DNA of 64,000 nt from Psilocybe cubensis. Its lineage: Eukaryota. The translations under genes were made by a program, and so were the position numbers. Shown here piece after piece: positions 53,681 to 64,000 of the stretch. The notes beneath the pieces are model-generated. The model ran no database searches, was not told where the DNA came from, and was given only the letters and a program-made list of their open reading frames with translations. Positions within the stretch are counted from its first letter, which is position 1; every line of letters begins with the position of its first letter. The stretch covers positions 186,001 through 250,000 of the forward strand of contig CM039006.1 of the NCBI GenBank assembly GCA_017499595.2, written 5' to 3'.

Positions 53681-53899
53681 TACTGGAATATACTAGTGCA
53701 GGAGTATGGGTCAAGCGTGAACTAGACATGGATCTAGAGTGATGATCAATGAATGTTGGGTCTTTTACAGATCACCATATCACGGTCGCCAAACATCAAA
53801 AAACGTCATTGATCATAAGAAATCTTACACGTCATCATGATATCGATATACACATTCAATATCTAATTGTACTCGAGAACTATGCCCTGCCCTGTTATA

Positions 53900-56097
53900 T
53901 TATGCTCTCGTCCTTCTGTAGTTCAACCACGTCTCTCTCAAGATCCAGTTAGGAGAACCATCTGACCTCTTGGCACTAAGAACTCTTGCCTGACATAGAG
54001 GATGGGTGATGGGTTCAACGTCCCTATAAACTGCATATCTACGTGTGATATCCTGCCATTGGGTTTCGGATTTCTTGTACCAGACTTGATAGTTGAAAAA
54101 AGTCTGCTCTGGGGCGGTCTTATGGAAGAAAATGTCCCCAACTGCAGGTTGCGGATCCATTTGCTGCGAATAGATAGGAGTCACAAGTCGTGCAGGTCCT
54201 GTTGAAAGAAACCAGCGGAACGTATGCATCTGGCCCTCATATGAAAACGTCCCAGAATTTCTGTGCAGCTCGACCATAGAAACGCCAAAGAGAGCGTTGT
54301 CTTGATCCAATAGTAATTGGTGGGAGGTTGATGTTGAGATGGAGGATGACCACGAGTATTGGGTTGGCTGGGTTGCCGAAGTAGTGGTAGAATTGATTGT
54401 GGAAGTAGACATTGGCAAAGGAGCTTGCGGCATACTCTGAGGTTGTTGAGGTGGAAGAACATGCTGAGGCTGTTGTGGAGGAACGGTCGCGACAGCTGGC
54501 GGAGCAGAGAGTGACTGAGGTACCGGTAGGGGTTGAACCATAGGTATAGACAACGGTTGATGCGACAACGGCGGTGCCGATACATGAGATATGGGCAGAG
54601 GTGTTGCCAATACCGTCGGCGCCAAAGAGGGTTGATGTAACTGTTGAACCATAGGCACGGGTACCGGCTGAGGCGGTGGCGACGACGACAACAATACATG
54701 AGGAGTGGGCTGAAGTGCCTGTGATGCCGTCTGTACTAAGGGTGGTTGATGCGGAGGTTGGACTACAGATATGGGCACCGGCTGAGGCGGTAATGTTTCA
54801 TGAGGGGTGGACTGCGGCGCCACTGATACTGTCTGTGCCAATGACTCTGATGGCTGAACTGCAGACATGGTCACTGATTGAGACGGCGGAAGTGGCGACA
54901 CTATATGAGGGGTGTGCTGATGTGCCTCTGATACCGTCTGCACTAAGGATGGTTGATGCGGAGGTTGACTCGCAGATATGGGCACTGGCTGAGGCGGTGG
55001 CGATGATACATGAGGGGTGGACTGGGGCACCGCTGAAACTGTCTGCGCCAATGATTCTGATGGTTGAACTGCAGATATGGGCGCAGGCTGAGCCGCCGGC
55101 AGCGGTGGCGGCGACACTATATGAGGGGTGGGCTGAGGTGCTGTCAATACTGTTTGTGCTGATGATGGCAGTTGGACTGCAGACATGGGCACTGGCTGAG
55201 GCGGTGGTGGTGAAGATACATGGGGAATATTCTGGGGTGCCGCTGTTACCGTCTGCGCTAAGGACGGCTGATGCGGAGGTTGAATTGAAGATATGGGCTC
55301 CAGCTGAGGCGGCGGCGGGGGTGACGACAAAGATACACGTTCCACCAATTCTGGCCGCGCCAATGGTGGTTGATGAGGAGCTTGATCCGCACGAATGCGT
55401 AATGACTGCGGTGGTGGCGGAGACAATGCATGCTGAGGAATGGGTGGTGACGACGACGGCTGAGCATCAGACACAGACACTGGTAAAGACACAAGTGGAA
55501 GGGATGACGCCAGAGAAGCTTGCGCAATAGGTGCAGGAGCTTCTGGCACTCGAAGTCGAGCTGCACGCTGAGCAGCGCATCTTGCAATTGTGGCGTCATG
55601 ATTACTATGATGTAGTCTACAAAAGGTCAGCTTAACATAGTAAAACAAAAATGATTCCTTGAACTTACAGGTTCATAGCTCCCGAACCTATCGTCCTCGT
55701 TTCCCCAGTCAAGATATAGTGACAAGCGTTTGCCATTGAGTCCTCATCCGCGTAGTCAGCGAAGGGTCTGAGTACGGAGAACCCATCGGTCGTTAACATT
55801 TGATAATCCGAGATATCGCCCGTGAGTTTGTCAAGGACTTGTACAATTTCGCCAACGGTAGCTTGAGGGCAATAAAGATAAAAAAGCCGCATCAAGCTTG
55901 CACGCTTGGTACCCATGTCAGGATAGAATTGTCCAAAGAGTTGCAATCTGTTTGGACGTTCTGTTGGATCGGACAATGTATTGATGAAGCTAGAAGTACA
56001 ATTAGTTCATGGCTCAAATAAAATCTATGCCTAGATCTACGTACCGAAGAATGGCGTCCCCAGCATGTTCCGGAGATGTATACGGTTCCACTGTCAT
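53900..56097 (-). CDS. Cargo gene: Pro/Gln/Ser repeat protein with globular N- and C-termini, 3 exons
   Basis: MTVEPY...AILR|FINTLSDP...AMNL|LHHSNHD splices in frame into the 582-aa ORF. C-terminal domain GDIFFHK...YQVW...HP...RVL...GSPNWI. Confidence 0.7.
54540..55400 (-). repeat. About 8 degenerate coding repeats of 33-38 aa
   Basis: For example PQSTPHVSSPPPQPVPISASQPPHQPSLVQTVSEA alternating with HQHTPHIVSPLPPSQSVTMSAVQPSESLAQTVSVA. Boundaries approximate. Confidence 0.85.
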
Positions 56098-57446
56098 AGT
56101 CAGCTCCGAAGAGGTTCGAGCGACATGTGTAGTACTGAAAACGAGCATCAGTGAACCCGTGTAAGAACGAAACGGTAGTATATATAAGCATACATAGAGT
56201 TCCTAGAGCTCCTAGGGGTGCGGGTGCGCTTCATCTCCATGATGGACATCTTATAAATCTGTGGTATATGGCGCAATATGAATGTCAAAAGTTCAAAGGA
56301 AGTATAAGATCATGGCTCTTACATCCATCTCGAGGTCAGCCTCAAATCCGAGCAACGGTGCAAAGGATGGACGGTCTGCATTTGGTAGATCGCAGAGATG
56401 AACGTCTCCAGCTTCCCGTGTATAATTTACTTCTTGGTTTCCGTTTGACATGGTGGTAATCAGAGAAAGATGCCTAGGGGAGGGTCGTTAGTCTTTCACT
56501 GTTGTCATTTGCGATTGCATTTGAACTAATATTCCGGCTGGTGATTATATATTATGATCATGAGGTCGAAGCGCGGCCTTTCGAATTCGTCACGCCTGGG
56601 CATGCGCATGCGCATTTGAATTGGTGATCCCTCATGAAAGGGATCATGATCACCTAATATAAGGGAAACCGGAGTTGGATATATATAATAGATCTGTACA
56701 TGTACCTGCTTGTACCCTTGTGGAGCTTTTATGTATATAATTATTGCCGATTTTATTCAGGGAATCAAAAATTGCTTAATTACCTCCGGATCCATCTAGT
56801 AGATCTAGTAGAGGCCATGTCCATACGCGTACGTGTATCGAAGCTGATCGGCACATGAGTAGGTGCCATTGAGGTTGCATTGGCAGTGGAATTCGCATGC
56901 GCAATTAAAATTTTGTACATGGCCATGGCCATGGTCGACGCAAGCAATCATGATAGCCACCTGAGGAGCGTTCCCATCGGGCCGAGCCCAGATGTGAGTA
57001 AAACATGACTAGTAGTACTGGCCATGCATGGATCCATAGAGGAAGATAAGAGCGATGGCCATCTGTCTGGCCATGGCCTATACTGTTCCATGTAGTACTA
57101 GTACTTTTCGATGTACAGAATCGCGGTGAAACGCGGAACGGAATATATTACGTAATTTTCAGTCTAACAAAAAGTATTGAATTTTTTGAATGCCGCATTA
57201 ATATTAATGATCAGTATGTACAGGTACATGTACATGTTCATGTGCGATCGGTATCTTAGCTATAGCTACGTACAGTGGATTCCCATCCGGGTACGCTGCT
57301 CGATCGTGTCGCGTCGCGTATATTCGTGATTTTGGATTCGTCCAGATCACTAATCGCCACCCCGAATTATCAGAAGATAGTAACGCATTATTGGCCTTTG
57401 CATAGGCTCCCGCAGGCTCATTGAATTTCGACTTCAGGATTCTGAA

Positions 57447-60203
57447 ATGAGCACTCGTGCCCAGTAAGTCCCAAGTTCGCCAATCTTCTTCCCTCCGCGA
57501 TGTGTCCAATATGCTAATGCGCCAATAAATCCAGGTTTGTTGATCGTTCCAACGGTAGGGTGCTGATTCTGAACGGGAAGGTTGTGTACTCGCCGAATTG
57601 TAAAAGATCTGTCACAATCCCTGAAGTCATGGACAATACCAAAAACATTCTACTGCCCTCGCCAACTTTGTCGCTCTCGGCCCATGGAAACAACTCACAA
57701 TCAACAGATATAAGATATGATTTTTCCAAAATCAACGCTGACAATTATCGACATCCGTTTTGGTGGAACCCACATTGGGGCTGGGTCTCGTTCATACCTT
57801 GACAACCGCAGTTCAGTGGCTACATATTTCGAATTCTTTCAAACATTCCTTGATCGTACGACCTTTATGAACATACAGACGTTGACCCACCTCAATACTC
57901 TATGCGTATAGAGAAAATTAGGCAATGGTCTTCACTTGAACAGGATCTATCGCGTATGTCACATTATTTGTCGACCTTGACAAAATGCAACGTCCTAAAG
58001 CCTGTCGGACCTTGGGCATTCGGTTACAGCAAAAGGCACACGTCGCGAGCTAACGCAATTCATGCACTTGAACGCTCCAGGGACTGGTTTGCTTTATGGA
58101 TGGGCCTGTTATCATATTTGATTACCGTGGCTGAAACGAGAGGAAAAGAGTTGCAAGAGTACCCGGGCCTCTCATCCTCAACTTGGGTTGAATATCTGTT
58201 GGAGAAACACTGTAAGGAGGCCTGGCTGGAGTCTTTTCTTTGTAGTGAAATTTGTGACTATACCAGAGGAAGCCGGGTGGGAGTATTCATTGACTTACAA
58301 TCTCTTGGAAAAGTCGACTGCCTGCAGCCTTCTGTTGAATGGTTTTGCCAATGGGGCATTCCTGTCTGGTATATTTGGGACGGGGTATATGCCAAAGACC
58401 CATCAAAGCAGTATATGGCACCTCTCTCTCACCAGCTCCAACTGTCCACCACAACAATCGCACCACAGCCATCAACAATTCGAGAACGGAGCAAAGCAAA
58501 CGATGAGTTATTTGCCTATGCTTGGCAAGAATTCTTCGAATCTCGAGAAAAACGAAATCAACAGCAAATGGAGACAGAGACAATGATCAAACGCCGTTCT
58601 CGTGAAGAGAGGACCAAAAATCCCCCGCATAGTGCCAAAGTCTTTGTATGGAAAGAGGCAGGTAATTCGGGGATATATGTCCGCGTTCCAGTATCTCCTC
58701 AAGAGCGTGGTGATGTATTAGCTATGTTCAGTGTTCATCAAGTGCGCTATGACTCTTTCGCCAATGAATACGACTGCTCGCAATTTTTTGGACCCGGAGA
58801 TGATTACAATGAGGACAATATTGAGAATAGAGAAAATTCTTTGAACTTAGAAGTGACTGCCGCAGAGTTGTCTGAACGCTCATGTACTCTTTTCCACGAC
58901 GTTCATGATGCTCCAAAAATCTCACTGATTATCCCTGGATACGATGACAACAATGTCTCTGACTGGCTCCCACATTATGGCGAAGAGGGGGAAACCATAG
59001 TCGACACCGCAGAAAGTGAAATTCTCGATATCTTACGTCTTTACTTTGGCTATACGTCACCCCTTCCACCTGTCCTGGTCAGTTCAAATAAACCTATCTC
59101 TGCAGAGGCAGATCAAAAAAATTTTCTCAAATACATTGGTATTTGTTGGAGCTCTTGCCCACAAAAAGTGTTTAAAAGACCTCGAGTCATCGCAGCCTTC
59201 AAATTCTTGACTCGTTTGTGTCAGAACATGCCCCTGACATTGAACGACGAATGTGACCTTGGTCGAAATCATCGAGAATACCTCCGATTCAACAAGCGAT
59301 CACAGTGTGTAAGAAACCTTACAACGTCTAACGGTCAAAAGATCTACATGTTCCATTTTGGGTCTGACCGAACCATGAAATGGAACCTCGCAGTCGCTTC
59401 AGCTTCAGCTGCTGCAACAATTTGTCGGTTGGATGCTCGGTGGTCTGAAACTGAAATTGCTCATTTTCTGTTACAACACGGCATACCTTTTCATACTCTC
59501 CAGCTCTCGTCTGATGCTCTTTGGTATCAACCCCTTGGTCCCAAGCCTATTAAACAAAGGCACCCGACACGACCCTCACACTACAAATTCGATGTAACCG
59601 ATTATGCAGTATATAGAGAACGATCTGCTCAAGTATTACTGCATAATCCAGCCGGCCGAGCCGCGTTGATGGCAGGAGGATATCATTGGAGGATTGCCGC
59701 CCCCATTGTCAGTTTTGAGGTTGTCTTCAGCGGACCTGTTCCACAATCTGGCGAGTACTTTACTGCCAATGACTGCAACGGGGATGTCTATATTGACAAC
59801 AAATTGACTGAATTTGAAGAAGAGGTCCTCAGTGGCTTATATGAATGTTACACTGGTACGTACCTCTTGACCTACTAGCTTCTCGTATCCCATTTCAGCA
59901 GTCACTCATTAATAACTGCATCTAGGACAAGGAAATACTATTGCAAGAAAATCATGGCTCCCTTTGCACAGCATATATCAACTTTCCGGTCAAGATTACG
60001 GCCGTTGGACAGAAAATTCTGAAGTTATATTTGACATATTTGACAATCGAAATTCATCTGCCATCAAAGGCCTCACAAACATCCAACGTCAACCACAGTC
60101 TTCCAATAAATGGCGCGACGGAACGCGGGGCAGCGGACAACTTCGTCGAGGGAGGCAGCAGTTGGAGAAATTGGCATCCGATTTATTTTCAGCTCATGAA
60201 TAA
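57447..60203 (+). pseudogene. Cargo gene: large unknown protein (~870 codons), two in-frame TGA stops
   Basis: MSTRAQ|FVDRSNGR...YSPNC exon is in frame with the 658-aa ORF at 57902 but is interrupted by TGA at 57800 and 57851. The last exon GQGNTIARKSWLP...GRWTE ends at 60203. Confidence 0.75.
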
Positions 60204-60805
60204 GTGCTCGCACCGATTCGGCACTAATTTTCCTACAAATTAAACTTCCTACTAGATCTAGACATATCTAGCTGCCCGATAATTATAAATTATACGTCTA
60301 GATCTAGTACTTGCTATATATATATGTGTGGATATGTTCATTGATCCATGTACATGTGCGAATCTTTGAATCATGACCGTACTTATTAGTGCATACGATA
60401 TATCTAGGGTCATGATCAAAAGTGTTCCTGCAATCGTACTTGGTGTACATGTACATATCAGCACGAGGCAAATTAAAAAAAGCGCGTGAGTCTTCTTTTT
60501 ACCCATTCAGACAAAGAACAATAAGTTAAACCCGTTTCAACAATTACTCAAAGTCAGTTCAACAATTACTTAGAACCACTTCGACAAATCCTTGAGCAAA
60601 GATTACAAACTTCGCGCGGCCGTCAATGAAAGAACCTTTGATCATATAGGAATGTGGTCTTGGCCAAACTGCATGCCGCTTCATGTGCTAAGCGTGGTAG
60701 GTTGACCCAACCGTTTGTTTCCCCATCCAGGAACCCAAAAGAGTATATACTGACCATGATGAGCGGGGAGCTCGAAAGTCATCAGTACAGCTTGTGCTAC
60801 CCACA

Positions 60806-62850
60806 ATGCAGTTCGACCCGGATGAATTGAGGCCATAAGCCCATATCCACCGCTCGATGCAGTGGTGTCTCGACAAGTTGATCTCTGTACAATCAACCGA
60901 GGCCCACTCCTTCACGGACCCTGTCAATACAATCCTGGAGCTCGCGATTGCAGAGGAGCAAGTGATACGCCGGGTATTTGCTCGCAACGACAGGTCTCAT
61001 CGCAATGGTTCTGTCTTGCATCACGCCGAGGGTCTCCTCAACGTCTTCGACCAAGTCCCAGACCAGGTCAAACGGGCTTTCCCCCGCCTATCGAGTGATC
61101 AGGAACCGGACGTACCAGTCGTCATACAACCCGCCACTGGGCTTGTACACTCCTTTCCCCGCAAACATCTCTTTGCCCTCCCCGATGATATGAAAAGGGC
61201 CAAAGGATCGCCCACCATTGTCCCCGACATGGCTGCGTTCCTGCAGAACTTCGACATCTTCACCAATCGCGCGTTTATCAATATGCGGCATTGGGACAAC
61301 ATCGCTGTCGCCGGCGGGGCCGTCCTTGCTTGCATGCAGCCAACATCGTTTGACGCTTCGCCTTGGACTCCCTTGCAGGCAAACATGTATTTTGAAAACT
61401 TTTACCCTGACTCCGACGTGGATCTTTTCATTTATGGTCTTAATGCAGAGGAGGTGAGCTTATATATACTCAGCCTATGTTGTACTACTCTCTGAGTCTG
61501 ATCATCTTCATCAGGCCGAGGCGAGAATGGTAGAAGTATATCAGGATATTACTTCGGCTCTCCTGCAACCAGCGATTTGTGTTCGCAAGGCTGGTAACAT
61601 CACCATTCGTGGTAGGTCTTATTAAATTTCTAAGCCTCCTAATTATAATCTAATGATGACACGCGTAGCCAAAGGCGTCAGGCCTATTCAAATTATCCTT
61701 AGATTATACCATGGTATTTCAGAAATATTATGCGGCTTTGACATTGATGCCGCATGCTGTTTGTACGACAGTATAACAATCTACTATTTCTCGTTGATTG
61801 AAGAAATTCTGACACGGAGACGCCATTCAGGAACCAATGTTTGGGCCAACATCAGGTGCTTGATGGCGTGCATGCGGCAGGCTAATACCATTGACCTGTC
61901 ACGCCGCTCTCCTTCTTATGAAGTACGAAACCAAAAGTATGGAAAACGCGGATTTGAGGTGTATATACCAAGCTTACAACGAGAGCGGATCGACGTCGCA
62001 TTTGTACGTCGCAATTTTTATGTTAATTGATATCGCTTTTAAGCTCATATGTCATTTTTATAGGTTTATAATCAGTGGATACATTATTTTCCTCCGGGCT
62101 TGGTTCGCCTCTTCATCTACGAGTATTTAGGAGTCGACCCCTTCTACTATGTTAACCTTCACTATCCGGGAAAACGGATTCGAAGAGCTCGGGTACTCTT
62201 TGGGCGGGTGATGGATTTTACGCCGGTAGAGAATAGCTCATATGATAGAGTTTGGGCTCATCTTCCTGGGGTCGACTTCTCTGCCGACGAGATCGTCCGT
62301 CATATCGATAACATGGTAAGCCATGCTTTTTGTCGTTTTCGTGCTTTTATTTATTTTAATGAACCTTTAGAACGCGTTGATGAATTCACCCTACAAACAA
62401 AGCAAGTATCAACGCCGCATTCATCGCCATTTTATTTCGTATGGGACGATGCAACAGTGCATCAACGGGATCAATTGTATAGTACGCCAGGCCTTATAGA
62501 CGTATTAACATACTCACTCACAAATGGCATGAACTCAGAACTGTCCGCCTCCAGTAACTGACGAAGAAAAGAACATTGTACAAGAAGAGTCGACACGATA
62601 TATTAGAGGCAGAATCAGGTTCGAATTTTTGTTATCGACCACTTTTAATATCACCTCCTGATAATTTAACTTTAACTGTAGCTTCATTGAAGATAATCCA
62701 GGTCGGCAATTTGTAGGAAGCTTCAGCCCGATCACCGAAGGCGATTGGGAGGTCAATGCCTATCGCCAGTTTGGACCTGTGGAACCACCATCGTCGTTGG
62801 CAAGGCATTTCACTAATTGGGGGACATTGCGCCGTCTCTTCAATCCTTGA
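60806..62850 (+). CDS. Cargo gene: Pol-beta-superfamily nucleotidyltransferase-like protein, multi-exon
   Basis: WDNIAVAGGAVLAC...DSDVDLFIYGL, IQIILRLY..ISEILCGFDID, RRSPSYEVR..KY.KRGF and DNPGRQFVGSFSPI. Start is either ATG 60857 or ATG 60806, which is followed by an in-frame TAA at 60836. Confidence 0.75.
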
Positions 62851-63301
62851 ATTTGAGGTGTGCGTATACATATGTAGTTCCTGAATTGTGACAAACTATT
62901 TCATGATCAATTGCCGCAAGTTTACAACGAGTTGAATCTTCCATAGACTCTGCCATACATAATCAAATTAGTACATGCACAATGTACAATTCCTTCTCCG
63001 CCCTTTCGAGTCAATATAACTTTACCGTGCTCATGTACTGTTTGAACTCACTAGTACTAGCGCTAGGTCAACTCTGGTAGTTGACAAACCAGTTCGGGGT
63101 CCTTGCGGAGTCACATTGATTAAAGCGCCCTAAGCCTGGTACTGATCATGATCATGACCATGGAACAATGGCAAGTGGTCCGTTCCAGTTCAGCTCGGGT
63201 GTTTTTGTAGTCCCTTTGTGATATATATAAGCCTACAATCGATTCAAACTCCTCTAGTTTGCGGTCAATCTCCACGATCAACAATTCACAGCTCTATAAC
63301 G

Positions 63302-64000
63302 ATGTCCACTCGCACCAATATCCATTCCAATAATTCCGCCTCTCCTGTCTATTACACCCTCCTCGGAGGTGACAACCCGGGAGTGTATTCCTCTCCGTAC
63401 GTCGCCGTTCATGATTATTTTGCTCCCAAATGCATCGAATTCGAAGTTAACCCTTATGATCGTTGATACAGAATCTTTATCAAGCCTGGAAAATATCACG
63501 ACCTCGATGAGGTTGCATGGCCAATCTGTATTCATTGCGGCACTAATGAGAGAAAGGCAATCCAGATGCTTGGGCTCCATTCGATCCTCGATGTATTAGG
63601 TTTCAACACCCCAATAGATAGGATGGCTAGGGATATCTGGAATCATCAGGCTATCTCAGAGTATATTTCTGAGAACCCAGAATTATCTGGGCCTTATTTT
63701 GCCGTTGTATGGGCGGGGAAAAACAAAAGTGCGATGATCTATAGCAATGAGAGGTATGTTTGTTGTCTAATGATTCGAGGGCATATGTAGAGATCAGAAA
63801 TCCTCATTTACACATAATTAGTGATTACGACGCTGTTCTTGCCGGACTCGTAGGCCCAAGGCTTGTCAAACATACCGTCAATTTACAGCAGGCCTTGGTC
63901 TATATGCTCTTACGCTCGCAAGTGGAAGGGTTTCAATTCACCCCCATTCACACCATTCCTAGCACACCGACCCAAAGGCTCAGTAACTCTCTATCGAGGG
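63302..64000 (+). CDS. Cargo gene (partial): protein with RNase H1 N-terminal / caulimovirus viroplasmin-like motifs
   Basis: YYTLLGGDNPGVYSSP and YFAVVWAGKNKSAMIYSN...QALVYML resemble the YYAV..G..PG[IV]Y motif. Three exons splice in frame and the ORF runs off the window. Confidence 0.55.

Larger units (their letters stand above)
49246..64000. mobile_element. Putative giant CACTA/EnSpm (CMC)-type DNA transposon with cargo genes; right end outside window
   Basis: Tnp2-like transposase followed by four non-housekeeping genes, palindrome-rich spacers and shared C>T-type nonsense changes. Left end is only a candidate (CACTA at 49246 or 49296). Confidence 0.65.

Noticed and set aside
54676-55530. 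284-aa plus-strand ORF with repeats
   Set aside because: Antisense shadow of the Pro/Gln repeat gene, which has splice-consistent flanking exons on the minus strand.

Overview
Intron-rich fungal genomic DNA. Short 50-70 nt GT-AG introns and the gene families point to an agaricomycete mushroom (inference). Bases ~1-48,900 hold host genes: a DUF3328/UstYa-type oxidase with both HxxHC motifs, RidA, a lysophospholipase, a secreted ferritin-like (Rds1-like) protein, two divergent Enhancer-of-zeste-like CXC-SET methyltransferases (one with NHS changed to NDS), three M36 fungalysins, NF-YB/Hap3, a minimal nucleotidyltransferase, an MFS transporter, a MUG/TDG glycosylase, Brr2 and an intron-containing tRNA-Lys(CTT). 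This part also has a three-variant 31/32-nt minisatellite and a 260-bp MITE with an 8-bp target-site duplication (TSD). From ~49,250 to the window end lies what appears to be a giant (>=14.7 kb, right end not seen) CACTA/EnSpm-type (Tnp2-like transposase) DNA transposon with at least four cargo genes: a Pro/Gln repeat protein, a large unknown protein, a Pol-beta-type nucleotidyltransferase and a protein with RNase H1 N-terminal-like motifs. Its spacers are packed with 10-16 bp perfect palindromes, and two or three of its genes carry in-frame stops explainable by single C>T changes. All gene models were spliced by eye; no database searches were run.
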